Shown here: positions 17,684 through 28,500 of the stretch, piece after piece
How positions within the stretch are numbered: position 1 is the first letter of the stretch
How the letters are laid out: the number at the start of each line of letters is the position of its first letter
Virus record (IMG/VR): IMGVR_UViG_3300030397_000466
Location: 1-60,298 of that record
DNA from: a virus
Lineage: Duplodnaviria; Caudoviricetes
Strand: one strand, 5' to 3'
DNA: 60,298 nucleotides
The notes under the pieces: generated by a model
Database searches by the model: none
What the model was told of the DNA's origin: nothing
The model's input: only the letters and a program-made list of their open reading frames with translations
Made by a program: the position numbers and the translations under genes

Positions 17684-18151
17684 TTGAAAAAATTCACATT
17701 AATAGGCGACGTGATTTGTTTGGGTTTGGGACACTCTCCAAGCATCGGAACGAATCTGTGGATGGCGCCTGATGGGACCATTGTTGCTAGTCGTGGTGCC
17801 CAGCCAGTAAGAAAAGTTAAAAGAGAAGAAATGCTTCCATTGAGAGAGCAGATACAAAAATTGCTTAATGAAATAGATGAATGCATACCGGAAGAGGGGA
17901 AAAGTTATTCATACGAAGCTGAACTATTTATCGACCAGGCAAACAGTTTATTAGAAGATATGAAGAACAGCAAGAAAGAAACAAAAGCAATTGAAAAAGT
18001 AATAAAAGCTTTGATTGAAGAAAAAGCATCGACAAAATCAAAGAGTATACCTTCAGTCAAAAAAAGAAGAATGGGAATGAATACATTCGCAACTGCAATA
18101 AATGAAACAATGAGAGCAACTGGAGTTAGCAGAGAACCTGATAATATTTAA
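17684..18151 (+). CDS. Hypothetical protein
   Basis: 155 aa, TTG start. Confidence 0.55.
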   Translation: MKKFTLIGDVICLGLGHSPSIGTNLWMAPDGTIVASRGAQPVRKVKREEMLPLREQIQKLLNEIDECIPEEGKSYSYEAELFIDQANSLLEDMKNSKKETKAIEKVIKALIEEKASTKSKSIPSVKKRRMGMNTFATAINETMRATGVSREPDNI

Positions 18152-18158
18152 AACAAAC

Positions 18159-18178
18159 AAGGGGGCAAAAGCCCCCTT
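18159..18178. terminator. Hairpin terminator between convergent genes
   Basis: AAGGGGGC-AAAA-GCCCCCTT. Confidence 0.75.
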
Positions 18179-18181
18179 ATC

Positions 18182-18847
18182 TTAAATAGAAAGTTTAGTC
18201 TCTCTTTTATATCCAATAACTTTTTCATATAATCGTTGTGTGTCTACAACATCCATGCGACAATGTTCAAGGATATAATTCATTGACTCCTTGCAACCAA
18301 GGCCAGCTTTTTTCCAAAGCTGAAAATCGAGCCTGGTTTTATTTGTGCTACCAAGCAAGTATTCAGTGGCAACTGCAAGACTTGAGCGACTTAATTTAAA
18401 CTTATTTCTTATAATATAATAAAGATCAGTGTGACAAAGTTCTCCATGAATAGGAAAATCTATGTCATAATGAACTGCCTTGGAACGAATATAAGGAATA
18501 TCAAAGCCGGTGCCAAAATAGGTAACTATACGGTCAAAGCGCTTGAGGTCTTTAACACACTTCTTAACGACAGCTCGATCGATGTTGTCGTAAACGCCTT
18601 TTTTAAACTTGGCAGCACCCTCGTAAATCTTATCGGAATCCATATCCTTAATGCAATAGCAAAGAAGCAAACCATTGTTTGCCTTCAAGTCGGTTACTTC
18701 TATATCGAAGAAGCCGATACGACCATTGTTAGGGTTCTCTTTCATGTAGCAGGAATAATGTTCAAGATAAGTATGGCCATGCTTGCATTTATGTGCATTC
18801 ATCCATACCAATTCTTGCTTAGTCATCCTGTTTATAGGAAGCTTCAT
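18182..18847 (-). CDS. RNase H-like DEDD exonuclease (YprB/RNase_H_2-like)
   Basis: FFDIE, GFDIPYI, HCRMDV; N-terminal CKHGH..H..C. Confidence 0.8.
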   Translation of the reverse strand: MKLPINRMTKQELVWMNAHKCKHGHTYLEHYSCYMKENPNNGRIGFFDIEVTDLKANNGLLLCYCIKDMDSDKIYEGAAKFKKGVYDNIDRAVVKKCVKDLKRFDRIVTYFGTGFDIPYIRSKAVHYDIDFPIHGELCHTDLYYIIRNKFKLSRSSLAVATEYLLGSTNKTRLDFQLWKKAGLGCKESMNYILEHCRMDVVDTQRLYEKVIGYKRETKLSI

Positions 18848-18905
18848 AATTTCTCCAAATTAATTTTAACTAATTGTTTATACTAAAAATAAAGGAAATT
18901 GTTCC

Positions 18906-19190
18906 ATGTATGTGATAATTGGACATGCGTACAATTTGATATCAATTCCCGCAATGATTTTTAAAACATTTGAAGAACTACAAACCTTCATAGAAGAAAA
19001 TTTTCCATTCAGAATAGCTGAAAGCGAGCTTCCTTTTCATTTTTATTCTGATAGAGTTGAAAATATGACAGTTGAAGATGTAGCTAAAAAACTATATATA
19101 TCTTACTATGGCGGCTGTGGAGAGCTGGATGCAGTTATCATAAAAAAGGTCGCACCAGGGCAGAAACTTACCCATTTTAACCTGGACTAA
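18906..19190 (+). CDS. Hypothetical protein
   Basis: AAGGA RBS. Confidence 0.6.
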   Translation: MYVIIGHAYNLISIPAMIFKTFEELQTFIEENFPFRIAESELPFHFYSDRVENMTVEDVAKKLYISYYGGCGELDAVIIKKVAPGQKLTHFNLD

Positions 19191-19206
19191 AAAAGGAAAA
19201 TATTCT

Positions 19207-19770
19207 ATGATTCAAGCCAACATTCTGGAGCTTCCAGAATTTCACAAAATAACAACAAGGGCTGAGTATTGTAATTTATTTACAATGGTTGCCATAAAAA
19301 TTGAGTATGAAGATAGTATTGGCTACCCATTTCAGTGTTATGTTTATTCTCTTGTTGAAGATAAAAAAGGATGGTCGATAACATTTGACCCCTCTGGCTT
19401 TATAGTAAACAAAGTAATGTATCATCACAATCAAGATAAAAACTATGGAAGCGCTGCCTGGGGCTCTACATATATAATAGAGCTAACTGAAAAAGAAGGA
19501 GTTGTTACAACATATATGATTGAAGAAAATTTTAAATGGTTATTTAGAGCGCTTGGAATTGCAAAATTCTTTAATGTATTTGAAGATCAAATTCTTGAAA
19601 GAATAAACTCCATAAAAGAAGAGCTGAAAGGCAAAAAGGCAATTGAATTAAAGCCGCCAGCAGATATGAATATCGAAATAGTCGAAGACCAGGAAGCTTC
19701 ACACAAAAAAAGAGTAACAATTGGACCGGAGGACCCCCCAGAGGAGCCCAAAAACGGAGTTCAAGTTTAA
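19207..19770 (+). CDS. Hypothetical protein
   Basis: AAGGA RBS, 187 aa. Confidence 0.65.
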   Translation: MIQANILELPEFHKITTRAEYCNLFTMVAIKIEYEDSIGYPFQCYVYSLVEDKKGWSITFDPSGFIVNKVMYHHNQDKNYGSAAWGSTYIIELTEKEGVVTTYMIEENFKWLFRALGIAKFFNVFEDQILERINSIKEELKGKKAIELKPPADMNIEIVEDQEASHKKRVTIGPEDPPEEPKNGVQV

Positions 19771-19782
19771 TCACCTCACAAC

Positions 19783-19820
19783 ACTATTCCCCCCCTTCTG
19801 CTGGGGGGGGGTAGTATAAT
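19783..19820 (+). promoter_or_regulatory. C7/G9 hairpin followed by TATAAT
   Basis: ACTATTCCCCCCC-TTCTGCT-GGGGGGGGGTAGT then TATAAT and AAGGAG. Confidence 0.4.
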
Positions 19821-19832
19821 ATAAGGAGATAA

Positions 19833-20081
19833 ATGGTTTTTCAATTTTTAAATTTAGACGAAAACAGGTTGCACATAATCAACGCAAAAGACCTAAGATT
19901 GGTTTATGACACACGCCCAGGAAGTAGAACACCATACACAATCCAATTGAATGATTCGTGGGTTGAAGTTTCTCGGCAAACATTCATGGATGCAAGAGCT
20001 TTAATGTCCGAAGAAGGAATGTTGCCACTTGGAAATGCGGAAAGAATAGAAGAAATAAATTTAAGGATAGAAAATGACTAA
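19833..20081 (+). CDS. Hypothetical protein
   Basis: AAGGAG RBS. Confidence 0.65.
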   Translation: MVFQFLNLDENRLHIINAKDLRLVYDTRPGSRTPYTIQLNDSWVEVSRQTFMDARALMSEEGMLPLGNAERIEEINLRIEND

Positions 20082-20517
20082 ATACTACCACCTTCCATTT
20101 GGGGTAAACAGAGATGCAATAAAACACAATATTGAAAGCGATTATAATCCAATAGTTGCGAAGCAGGCAATGGAAATGGCTAAAAACGACTTGCCTTTAA
20201 TGATAAGAATAACAGATGGATATATTGAAGTTTTTAAAACTCACTCACAAACAAAAAGAAATTTTAAAATGGAAACTGAGACCGATTATCATGAAAATTC
20301 AAACTGGGATAATGAAGACCCTTTATTTGATGAGTGGCAATCTAAAAACGTATCAAGTGTTACAGTTAATTTCGATCTTGATGCGGCGTGGTTCACAATG
20401 AAAGATGGAACTACATGGGCGCTGCATGATCCGACAGGTAAAGCAAGTCTAATTTTGAAACGCAAAAAAGCGGGTGAAGCCGTCTATCACACAATAGGTG
20501 CACCAGATAATTATTAG
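20074..20517 (+). CDS. Hypothetical protein
   Basis: Tiled, RBS. Confidence 0.6.
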   Translation: MTKYYHLPFGVNRDAIKHNIESDYNPIVAKQAMEMAKNDLPLMIRITDGYIEVFKTHSQTKRNFKMETETDYHENSNWDNEDPLFDEWQSKNVSSVTVNFDLDAAWFTMKDGTTWALHDPTGKASLILKRKKAGEAVYHTIGAPDNY

Positions 20518-20525
20518 GAAAAAAT

Positions 20526-20888
20526 ATGAAATGTCCACAATGTAAAATAGATAGATCAAAAGCCACTGTTCCAGGAACAGAGAAATATATAAAAGAAAGA
20601 GGTGTATGTGATACATGTTGGGAAGAAAATCTTCCATTAATTAAAAGAAAGGAAGGCTATTATGTCCCGGGTGGATATGATATCTGGCCAGATACAATGG
20701 AAGAAAGAATACCCAACGATTGTGAAGATGAAAAAGCAAGACCACCAAGAATAGAGTGGAGTGAAAATAAACAAAAGTGGGCTTTAGTATTTGATTCAGC
20801 AGATTGTGGTGGATACGATGTTCAAAGTTTTATTTATTATTTTGACACAAAAAAAGATATATATGCATTCCTAGAAGAGGAAAATTAA
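20526..20888 (+). CDS. Zinc-ribbon protein
   Basis: CPQC...CDTC. Confidence 0.6.
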   Translation: MKCPQCKIDRSKATVPGTEKYIKERGVCDTCWEENLPLIKRKEGYYVPGGYDIWPDTMEERIPNDCEDEKARPPRIEWSENKQKWALVFDSADCGGYDVQSFIYYFDTKKDIYAFLEEEN

Positions 20889-20978
20889 TGCTTATAGAAC
20901 TTGAGATTTTAAGCAAGGTGGCAGTAGCTTTAAGTATATTGATGTTAACTGTTTATGGAAAAAAACTAAGGAAAAAAA

Positions 20979-21422
20979 ATGATCGTCATCGTAAAATGCA
21001 AAAATGAACATATACATTATATAAATATAAAAAATATTTCAATAATGAACAACACAGAAAAACTAATTTGGATGAAATCTGGATTGTATATTGAGCCAGA
21101 ACCTGAAGAGTTTGAGAGAATTCTTGTTTTATGGAAAATTATAAACAGCAACAATACAGATGTTTTTTTCAAAAAAAATCTTTTTAGGTTGAAAAAAATT
21201 AACAACCTTAGTGTTGGCGATATATTTATATGGAACAACACAGTTTTTAAAAAAATTGCAGATTATAAATATAAAATATTAGCTTTTAGAGAGATTCCAG
21301 AATATTACAATGATGGAAATGCCGAAATAGGAGAAATCCTTGAATATGTTGATGGCTTAAACATATACGGAATAGGTGATGCAATAGAAAAAAACTATAA
21401 AGTTTTAGTTTTTTATATCTAA
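20979..21422 (+). CDS. Hypothetical protein
   Basis: AAGGA RBS; L..GD.F motif shared with next gene. Confidence 0.6.
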   Translation: MIVIVKCKNEHIHYINIKNISIMNNTEKLIWMKSGLYIEPEPEEFERILVLWKIINSNNTDVFFKKNLFRLKKINNLSVGDIFIWNNTVFKKIADYKYKILAFREIPEYYNDGNAEIGEILEYVDGLNIYGIGDAIEKNYKVLVFYI

Positions 21423-21508
21423 AGGAGTTAATATATATAGATTTATCCAATAAACATTACAATCCGTTCGGATTTAAAGACTTAATCAAAAAACAGAAAG
21501 AAATAAAT

Positions 21509-21745
21509 ATGAGTATATTTGTTGACGATACAGCTAGAAGCACACCCAGAATGGTTGAGTTTGGCAAATTAAATAAAGGAGATGTATTCATAATCGACCT
21601 ATCCTTGTTTGTCAAGACAAGTAGTGACTCAGCTATTTCGATTATGAATAAAAATAATCTTGAAGCAAAATTAGAAAAATTTGATGAGAACACAAAAGTT
21701 CTAACTCAACCAAACTTGAGTGTGCAAGTTGTTATATTCGATTAA
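21509..21745 (+). CDS. Hypothetical protein (frame open to about 21431)
   Basis: FGKLNKGDVF; last plus-arm gene. Confidence 0.55.
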   Translation: MSIFVDDTARSTPRMVEFGKLNKGDVFIIDLSLFVKTSSDSAISIMNKNNLEAKLEKFDENTKVLTQPNLSVQVVIFD

Positions 21746-24700
21746 TCATTTACCCAATTGAAGACTACGTTGACTGGGAGTGTTAGAAATACGGGCAACA
21801 TAAGACGGGCTACGTCCCACCCGAGATCACCCCAGTTTTCGTTATCTTCTTCATCTATCATGGATATCAGGGCTAAATTAAACATAAGTCTACCAGCTAT
21901 AGATAGTGCAGGATTCTCGCCACCCCTAATCATAGAACCCATCTGTCGATGGAATGGTGATCTAAGAAATCCACTTAAAAATGGTATAGCCTGTAAACCA
22001 ATAGAGAAGAATGTCATAGCGAATCTGGTGGATATAAGTCTAAGCATGGCCACCGCTTCGTGATCGACATTCGAATCAGAGGGATTGTATACTGGCTTAT
22101 TATGAACAATTCTAAATCCGTAGGGACCTTCCCTCTTAATGCGAACATTGGTTAAATGATCAATAGCACCAAAGATGCGTTTGAATACGTCCTCTTTGCT
22201 GACATTCGAATCTAAATACGATTTAAGTATACGCCAGTCATGCAGCATCTGCTGAACAGGATATGCCTTATATAGGCCTATTTGCTGTCCAAGACCTAAA
22301 AATCCATCACCTAGGTATATCTGAGACATACCAAACATAGTATTATTAACTGCATTGCGTGCAATAGTAATAGCTTGGTTGGACATGAAAGCACTTGGTA
22401 TACTAATACTTCTTTCTACACCATCTTCATCTACATAAGTATGAGATGTAGTAGCAGACAAATCTCCCAATGCACCAGACTCAGCAGCGGATAGTAGTGC
22501 CATAACAGCAGTCTGCTTACGCATATATCTTTCACCCTCAGTGAAGGTAAATAGCTCAGGAGCAAACCCCTCCCACCAAAACGAGAGCTTCCAGCCAATC
22601 ATACGCTTCATACGAGTATCAGATACATCACCAAGCAATGCTCTAAATTTAGCTTCTAACTGCTTACTATTTTGCTCAGTCTTAGGAGTCATGAGTATAT
22701 CTAAAAACAATTCACGAGTTCTACGAACAGTGGCTCTTTCACGAGAATCTTGTAAGCGTTGTTCTTCACGCTCTAAGGCCTCAAGCTGTTTAAGAAATAC
22801 TCTCTTTTTTCTACTATCTTGTAAGCGTTCCAGGACATACCGGCGTTTAACATCTATTCTTTTCTGTGCATCTTCAATTTTGTTCAACTCCACCAACTTG
22901 GCTATTGCATTGAATCTGGGTAAACCATCTTCTACAAATTTCTGACGATTATTCCTGATCAGTCTTGTAAAATCTCTAAAAGACTTAGTAGGATACTGAA
23001 CACCGGTTAATGGTATATCCACCAATCCGGCATCCATCTCTGTTAGCTTACCACCATGAGCCATTAAATCCATAAACATATTTGTTACTTCATCAATACC
23101 AGTTGCCTCTATAATAGCATCAATTTTAGCCTTGGGCCACTGCGGGTCTTTGCCATCCAGTATATGCATAGAACGCTTAAAAGCTTTCCAACCATATCTA
23201 ATCAATGGATTAAGTATCTGAGTTCTATTGGTTAGTGCGCCACTACTGCCCAACAATGCAGAAGCAAACATACCCTTGGTAGTATTAACAAACTTCTGGA
23301 TACTCTCAGGAGTGTGCTTATTGTCACCTTCTTCACCAAAACTATTTAACCAGTCAGCCATATCCTTGAATGAATATCTAAGCTTGCCAAAGCCAGCCTC
23401 AAGCTCAGGATCATAGAATGCAACCTTAAGCCTATTAACCATCCACTGCATAACATCAGAGTTGACAGGAACACCCATCTTCTTCAGTGCAGCAATAGTT
23501 TCAATAGACTGAATCATCAACTTATTCTTCTGAATAGAATAGAACACTTTCTGCAAATAGTCACTATGCACACCAGGGTCTTTTCTCCTGGCATGAAGAT
23601 CAGTAAAATTAGCTCTACGCTTACCAAATACATTCTGCCTTGCAAGAACAGTTCTACCACCTATGGGTGCAGTGTCACCATCTTCTAACAGCTTCTCTAT
23701 ATCATTCATCTCGTAAGAGCCAGGTGCAAGATTCTCACGCTTCTTCATGAACCTGCCCAATTGCTCTTCAAGCGTAGACGTATCCTGTCCAGGCTGAGCA
23801 GTTTCCAGTGCTTCTTCTATACCAGCTATGGTTTCATCAATCATTCTGATAACTTCAGCCTTCTCATACAGTGCAGGAGCATAGTATCTCTGCTTCTTTT
23901 CAAAACTACTGTTACCAGTATGCAATGAGCCGTGCTCATCAACATAAACCTGCTCACCAATATTAAATATTCTTAAGAAAGTGTCAAGATAGTCAGTCCC
24001 ATAGCGATCTTTACCAGTAACTCCATCACCTAATAGTCTTCGTAATTCATGTGCATCATTCTCCAACCAGAAAGTAAGCTTCTTCTCTTCAGCTCTTGAC
24101 TGATCAACAAGCACATCGCCAACCTCGTCATAGATAGCCCTAAGTTCAATAATAACATCTATTAAGCTCTTGCTACCAGAGACCTCTGTTCTGTCAGAAC
24201 GACCAGTAACCAGCTCAGTGCTAGGCTGATTTTCTATATAAAGATTTTCAATTCCGTCAAAAGACCAGTCTTTTACACGACGATTGTCTTCATCATAATC
24301 TTCGTAAGCTCTATGCTCTTCAGACTTGAAAAAACCATCTCTTGCCCAGCTAACATCTACGACAGAGGGAACTTGGTTTTTTTCTGAGTCATAGTAATAT
24401 TCATTGCCATTTGAATCTCTCTTCCATACTATATACCCTCTTGTGGTCTCAAGACCAAAATTCTTATCAGGGTCTAACAGGACATACCGGTAAGCTTCAT
24501 CACCAATCTCGGTATAGTGAATACCAGAAATTCCCTTAACCATGTCAACTTCTGCACGATTGGCATCCTGCAATCTCTGGATAAGGAGATCAATTACTTC
24601 TTTATCTCTCCCTTCGGGAGAATCTTTCCATTCAACATACCTTGTCTGGCCGTGTAAAAGATCATTAACAAACTCGTATGCCAACTTCTCAATAACTTTT

Positions 24701-25509
24701 TCCTTTAAGAAGTCTTTAGCAAGCGCTTTTTCAGGTAAAAATTGAATTTCTCCAGAAGCCATTCTAACGCGATGAACTATGCTACCCATATCATCTGTTG
24801 TCGAACCTAAGAACGTCGATTCTGAGCCATCCTCAAGCGTTATACGCACACCATCAAGGGTATATTCGGCTGGGATATACTGAACTTTGTCAATAATGTT
24901 GGAAACTGACTCAATATAGCCTGACATTGCCTGACTATATTTTTCATTATATCTTCTTGCGGCATTACGAGAACCCTCTACAAGTGTAGTAGCATTGCTT
25001 ATAAAACTAGACAGCTTGCCAGTGGGGTCTATTCTTGATACGAATATGTTGACTGGAAGCAGTGCACGCTCAAGCCAGGGCAATTTCTTGCCCCAGCGAG
25101 TGCGTTGCAGATGCACAATCTTATTAATGTGTTTAGATATAGCCAACATCCTTCTGGCATTAGAGTCCACAAACAAGCTCTTGGGATCAGCAGGTATACC
25201 AACCTGTCGCTGGACAACCTCAACTAGTGCCTCAAGATATGTATTAGGATCATAGTTGTCGTAACCCCAGGCATTGGCAGTTTGTGCCATAGTTTGGATA
25301 AGATTATTACGCATCTTCTCCCACTCGGCAATAGCTACCTGACCAATCTTCTGATCGGCTACACCTTGAGCTGCAAGTTTAGACTCAACTTCACCCTTAG
25401 TTCCTATCCACCCAGACACTGAGCTGATAATGTTACCAAGAACTGCATCATTATACTCATTTGCTTGCGAATCATTGTAAACAGTTTTAAATTCACAGAA
25501 ACTAGCCAC
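21742..25509 (-). CDS. Large internal virion/ejection protein
   Basis: 1255 aa helical protein, last in podovirus-type late operon. Confidence 0.65.
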   Translation of the reverse strand: MASFCEFKTVYNDSQANEYNDAVLGNIISSVSGWIGTKGEVESKLAAQGVADQKIGQVAIAEWEKMRNNLIQTMAQTANAWGYDNYDPNTYLEALVEVVQRQVGIPADPKSLFVDSNARRMLAISKHINKIVHLQRTRWGKKLPWLERALLPVNIFVSRIDPTGKLSSFISNATTLVEGSRNAARRYNEKYSQAMSGYIESVSNIIDKVQYIPAEYTLDGVRITLEDGSESTFLGSTTDDMGSIVHRVRMASGEIQFLPEKALAKDFLKEKVIEKLAYEFVNDLLHGQTRYVEWKDSPEGRDKEVIDLLIQRLQDANRAEVDMVKGISGIHYTEIGDEAYRYVLLDPDKNFGLETTRGYIVWKRDSNGNEYYYDSEKNQVPSVVDVSWARDGFFKSEEHRAYEDYDEDNRRVKDWSFDGIENLYIENQPSTELVTGRSDRTEVSGSKSLIDVIIELRAIYDEVGDVLVDQSRAEEKKLTFWLENDAHELRRLLGDGVTGKDRYGTDYLDTFLRIFNIGEQVYVDEHGSLHTGNSSFEKKQRYYAPALYEKAEVIRMIDETIAGIEEALETAQPGQDTSTLEEQLGRFMKKRENLAPGSYEMNDIEKLLEDGDTAPIGGRTVLARQNVFGKRRANFTDLHARRKDPGVHSDYLQKVFYSIQKNKLMIQSIETIAALKKMGVPVNSDVMQWMVNRLKVAFYDPELEAGFGKLRYSFKDMADWLNSFGEEGDNKHTPESIQKFVNTTKGMFASALLGSSGALTNRTQILNPLIRYGWKAFKRSMHILDGKDPQWPKAKIDAIIEATGIDEVTNMFMDLMAHGGKLTEMDAGLVDIPLTGVQYPTKSFRDFTRLIRNNRQKFVEDGLPRFNAIAKLVELNKIEDAQKRIDVKRRYVLERLQDSRKKRVFLKQLEALEREEQRLQDSRERATVRRTRELFLDILMTPKTEQNSKQLEAKFRALLGDVSDTRMKRMIGWKLSFWWEGFAPELFTFTEGERYMRKQTAVMALLSAAESGALGDLSATTSHTYVDEDGVERSISIPSAFMSNQAITIARNAVNNTMFGMSQIYLGDGFLGLGQQIGLYKAYPVQQMLHDWRILKSYLDSNVSKEDVFKRIFGAIDHLTNVRIKREGPYGFRIVHNKPVYNPSDSNVDHEAVAMLRLISTRFAMTFFSIGLQAIPFLSGFLRSPFHRQMGSMIRGGENPALSIAGRLMFNLALISMIDEEDNENWGDLGWDVARLMLPVFLTLPVNVVFNWVND

Positions 25510-28500
25510 AGTAAGCTCTTCCTTCTATTCTGTTAAGTATTTTACCAAATGTTGCCAATCTAACATCATCTTTGCCAATACTGGTTTCTCTTCTAGCCTT
25601 ATACAGGTTGTCATAGTAACCATTAGCATACTCAGCCAACACCTCAGGATGCATCATCCATGCAGGAGGTATTGTTTTAAGTTTTGCTACCTTGCTACGC
25701 TTGCCATCACCACGAGAGAATGTGGGACCAGTAAGTATTCTAATGGTGGCCCATCGTTGTTCCATATCAGATAAGGCCTCCCATTTTGGGAACCATACTT
25801 CAAGGAACTCTTTACGCATAATCTCATTGTAGTCCAGCTTAAAACCAAGCTCTCTTAGCTCTTGCTTGGTAAGATTTTTACTTTCAAGGTCTTTCATCAT
25901 TTTAGCAAAAACACCATTAAAAGCGCCATACATTTCGTCGCCAAACTTAAGACCGGATACAGACTCTTTAGTCTCGGCCCCAGGCTGCTCAATCAGGAAT
26001 GGCTCCATAGCCTGAACCGCGTCAGCGTGTGCTGCCCAATAGGAGAAGTCTTTGTCCATAATGATAGGATTATCTGTTAGCGATATACCATTTTCCATAT
26101 TGTTTAGATTCTGGCGCTTGGCAGACAATCCAAGATTGGACATTAGATACTCTATAGGTGTAACCTTATTGTTGGCATTCAAGCTTTTAAGCACGGCACG
26201 ATTAGAGTTTAATCTATTGTTGATTCCATCACGCAAATTACTTGCCACTTCCTTGACAGGCTTAAGAGATATAACACCATCTTTATTGGGTAGTGTAAAA
26301 TACCTGGAGCCTATTTCGTAGCTTCGCTTTATAATGTTGTCAATAGATACATTCTTTCCATTGATCATACCTTTTCTGTCGGCAGAATATTTAAACTCTT
26401 CATAGACTTTCTTAACAGCCTGTAACTCTGTAGAGGTCCACGCACCAGGAACAGGATTCTTACCAAGGTCGGGCCTCTTAAACATTCTAGTCATTACAAA
26501 ATCAGTGAACGACATAGCCCTACCATCTCTGGTTGCAAAATCCAGGCTACCAATCAACCCAAACTTCTCATTATCCACAGCGGCCTGTAGCATGATAGAG
26601 AATTCGTGCTCCTTGGTGGTCTTCAGGTATGCTTTACTACCAACAGTCTCTATAGAGTCACCTTCTTGTAGTAGTTGTTTAAGAAACTTCTTGCCATCTT
26701 CAGTGTCAAGATACTTTGTATCTATGGACCAGTAGTCCATAATAGTAGGCTCTTCAGGCTGATACACTTCAAACTTGATATCTCTGGAAACCTTTTTATT
26801 CTTCGGACCTTCCTTGATTTCTATCACGCCTGAAATGTCCTTGTATGCCATAGTTGCAAGTGCGGTCTTCGCATTTACAATAACACCCTGACTATTCAGG
26901 GACTTGGTATTGTTAGCCAGCCTTGCTAGTCTTTCACTTGCAGAGTGTATACGATTACCAAGAACACCCTTGAGGAACAGAGACAGGTTAACTGTTTTGT
27001 CCTTCTTTGCAAACTCAGGGTCTTGTATCATATTATTCATGGCATCAAGAACAGGGGCATCTTCCTTGTTGAAATATTCTATATGAACAGAATCACCATC
27101 ATGATCTGCTTCATGCAACTGGAAAACATCTTCTTTGGTCATAAACACAACTTGACCATGCTCACCAGGATTGGTGAAGTATTGAATCTTTCTGGGTTGA
27201 ACCTTTGCAAATGACTGGATAGGCTGTCTGTGTATCAATACCCATACATCATTCTCTGCAAGATATTTGTTATACGTAGCTATTTTTGTAGGAACATCCA
27301 TAGACTCCAACACCTCAGGATCAATGGCGCCATTCTCAACCATGTGAGTGCTAACCATGTTCATTGCAGTTGCATTGTCACCAGATATAACGACACTCTT
27401 GTTGTCTTTAAACTGAATAGGTCCAGCAGGTTTCAGATACAGTTTAGTTCCGAGTCCATCATTGTAGCGACGCATTTTAAACATCTTGTCAATAATAACA
27501 GAACGTTGCAATGTATTCAGCATCTGTGTAGCATACTGATATAAGTAAGCAGCCTTAGGCGAAGCCTTGAATGCGGCTTGCAAATCAGTGGGAACCTCAT
27601 CGGGATTTGAGTGCTTTTTGATTAGCTTCTCAACATCTTGAGGCCTATTCTTTAAGCCGAATACGAAGTCACTATACTTCCTCGCAGTCCGGTTGATGTA
27701 GGAAGTAAGCGTCTTCAAGTATTCTCTAGCAGCTTCACTGTTTTCCATAAAGCCCTTGGATAGTGTTAATTCATATCCAGCTACAGGATTGGCAGCACGC
27801 TTAGACGACTTCTCTCCTACAAATAATACACGTGTAGAGCTTTCAGGTAGCTCAGGCAGTATCTCATATTTGGCAGATAGTGCACCAAAACTATCCTTAA
27901 CCTCATCGTTGGTAGCCAGCCTATCAAACTCTTTTCCATTGGCGTCACGCCATGTGCCATTTTTGTATATAGCTATTCGTTTCCCATCTTTTCTTACTTC
28001 AGTATTTTTAAAGGGAACCATTTCAAGCATCTTGGCTGCAATATAATCAGTTCTGTTGTCAGGATCAAGGTGTCTAATCACAGTCTTCCACACTCTGGGA
28101 TTGCCCCTAACACCAGACACTTTAGCCCATCTATCCATCAGCTTAGCACTAGTCATCATCCAGCCATCATGTGCAGAATCCTCTGCATTTCTCATGTGCT
28201 CAAACTTGGTGCCATTATGGAAGAACTCTACTTCATTGGCATTAACAACCATCATCTTGGTGGGTCCAGAGCCTACAGGCACCCAGCCCTTACCAAGGTC
28301 TAGCTTCAATCTCTTGAAGAAATCAGATACAGACTTATATCTTTTAGGTGCAAGATACCCATTGCCCTTAATGGACTTCATCTTGGCATGCCAGCCAATG
28401 GCCTGCGCCCAAGCATAGGGATTACTTCTGGCTAGAGGTCTAATATCGTTAGCCATCTCCTTTAGAACCTTAACACTGGGAATGGTTCCAGCAGCTACTT

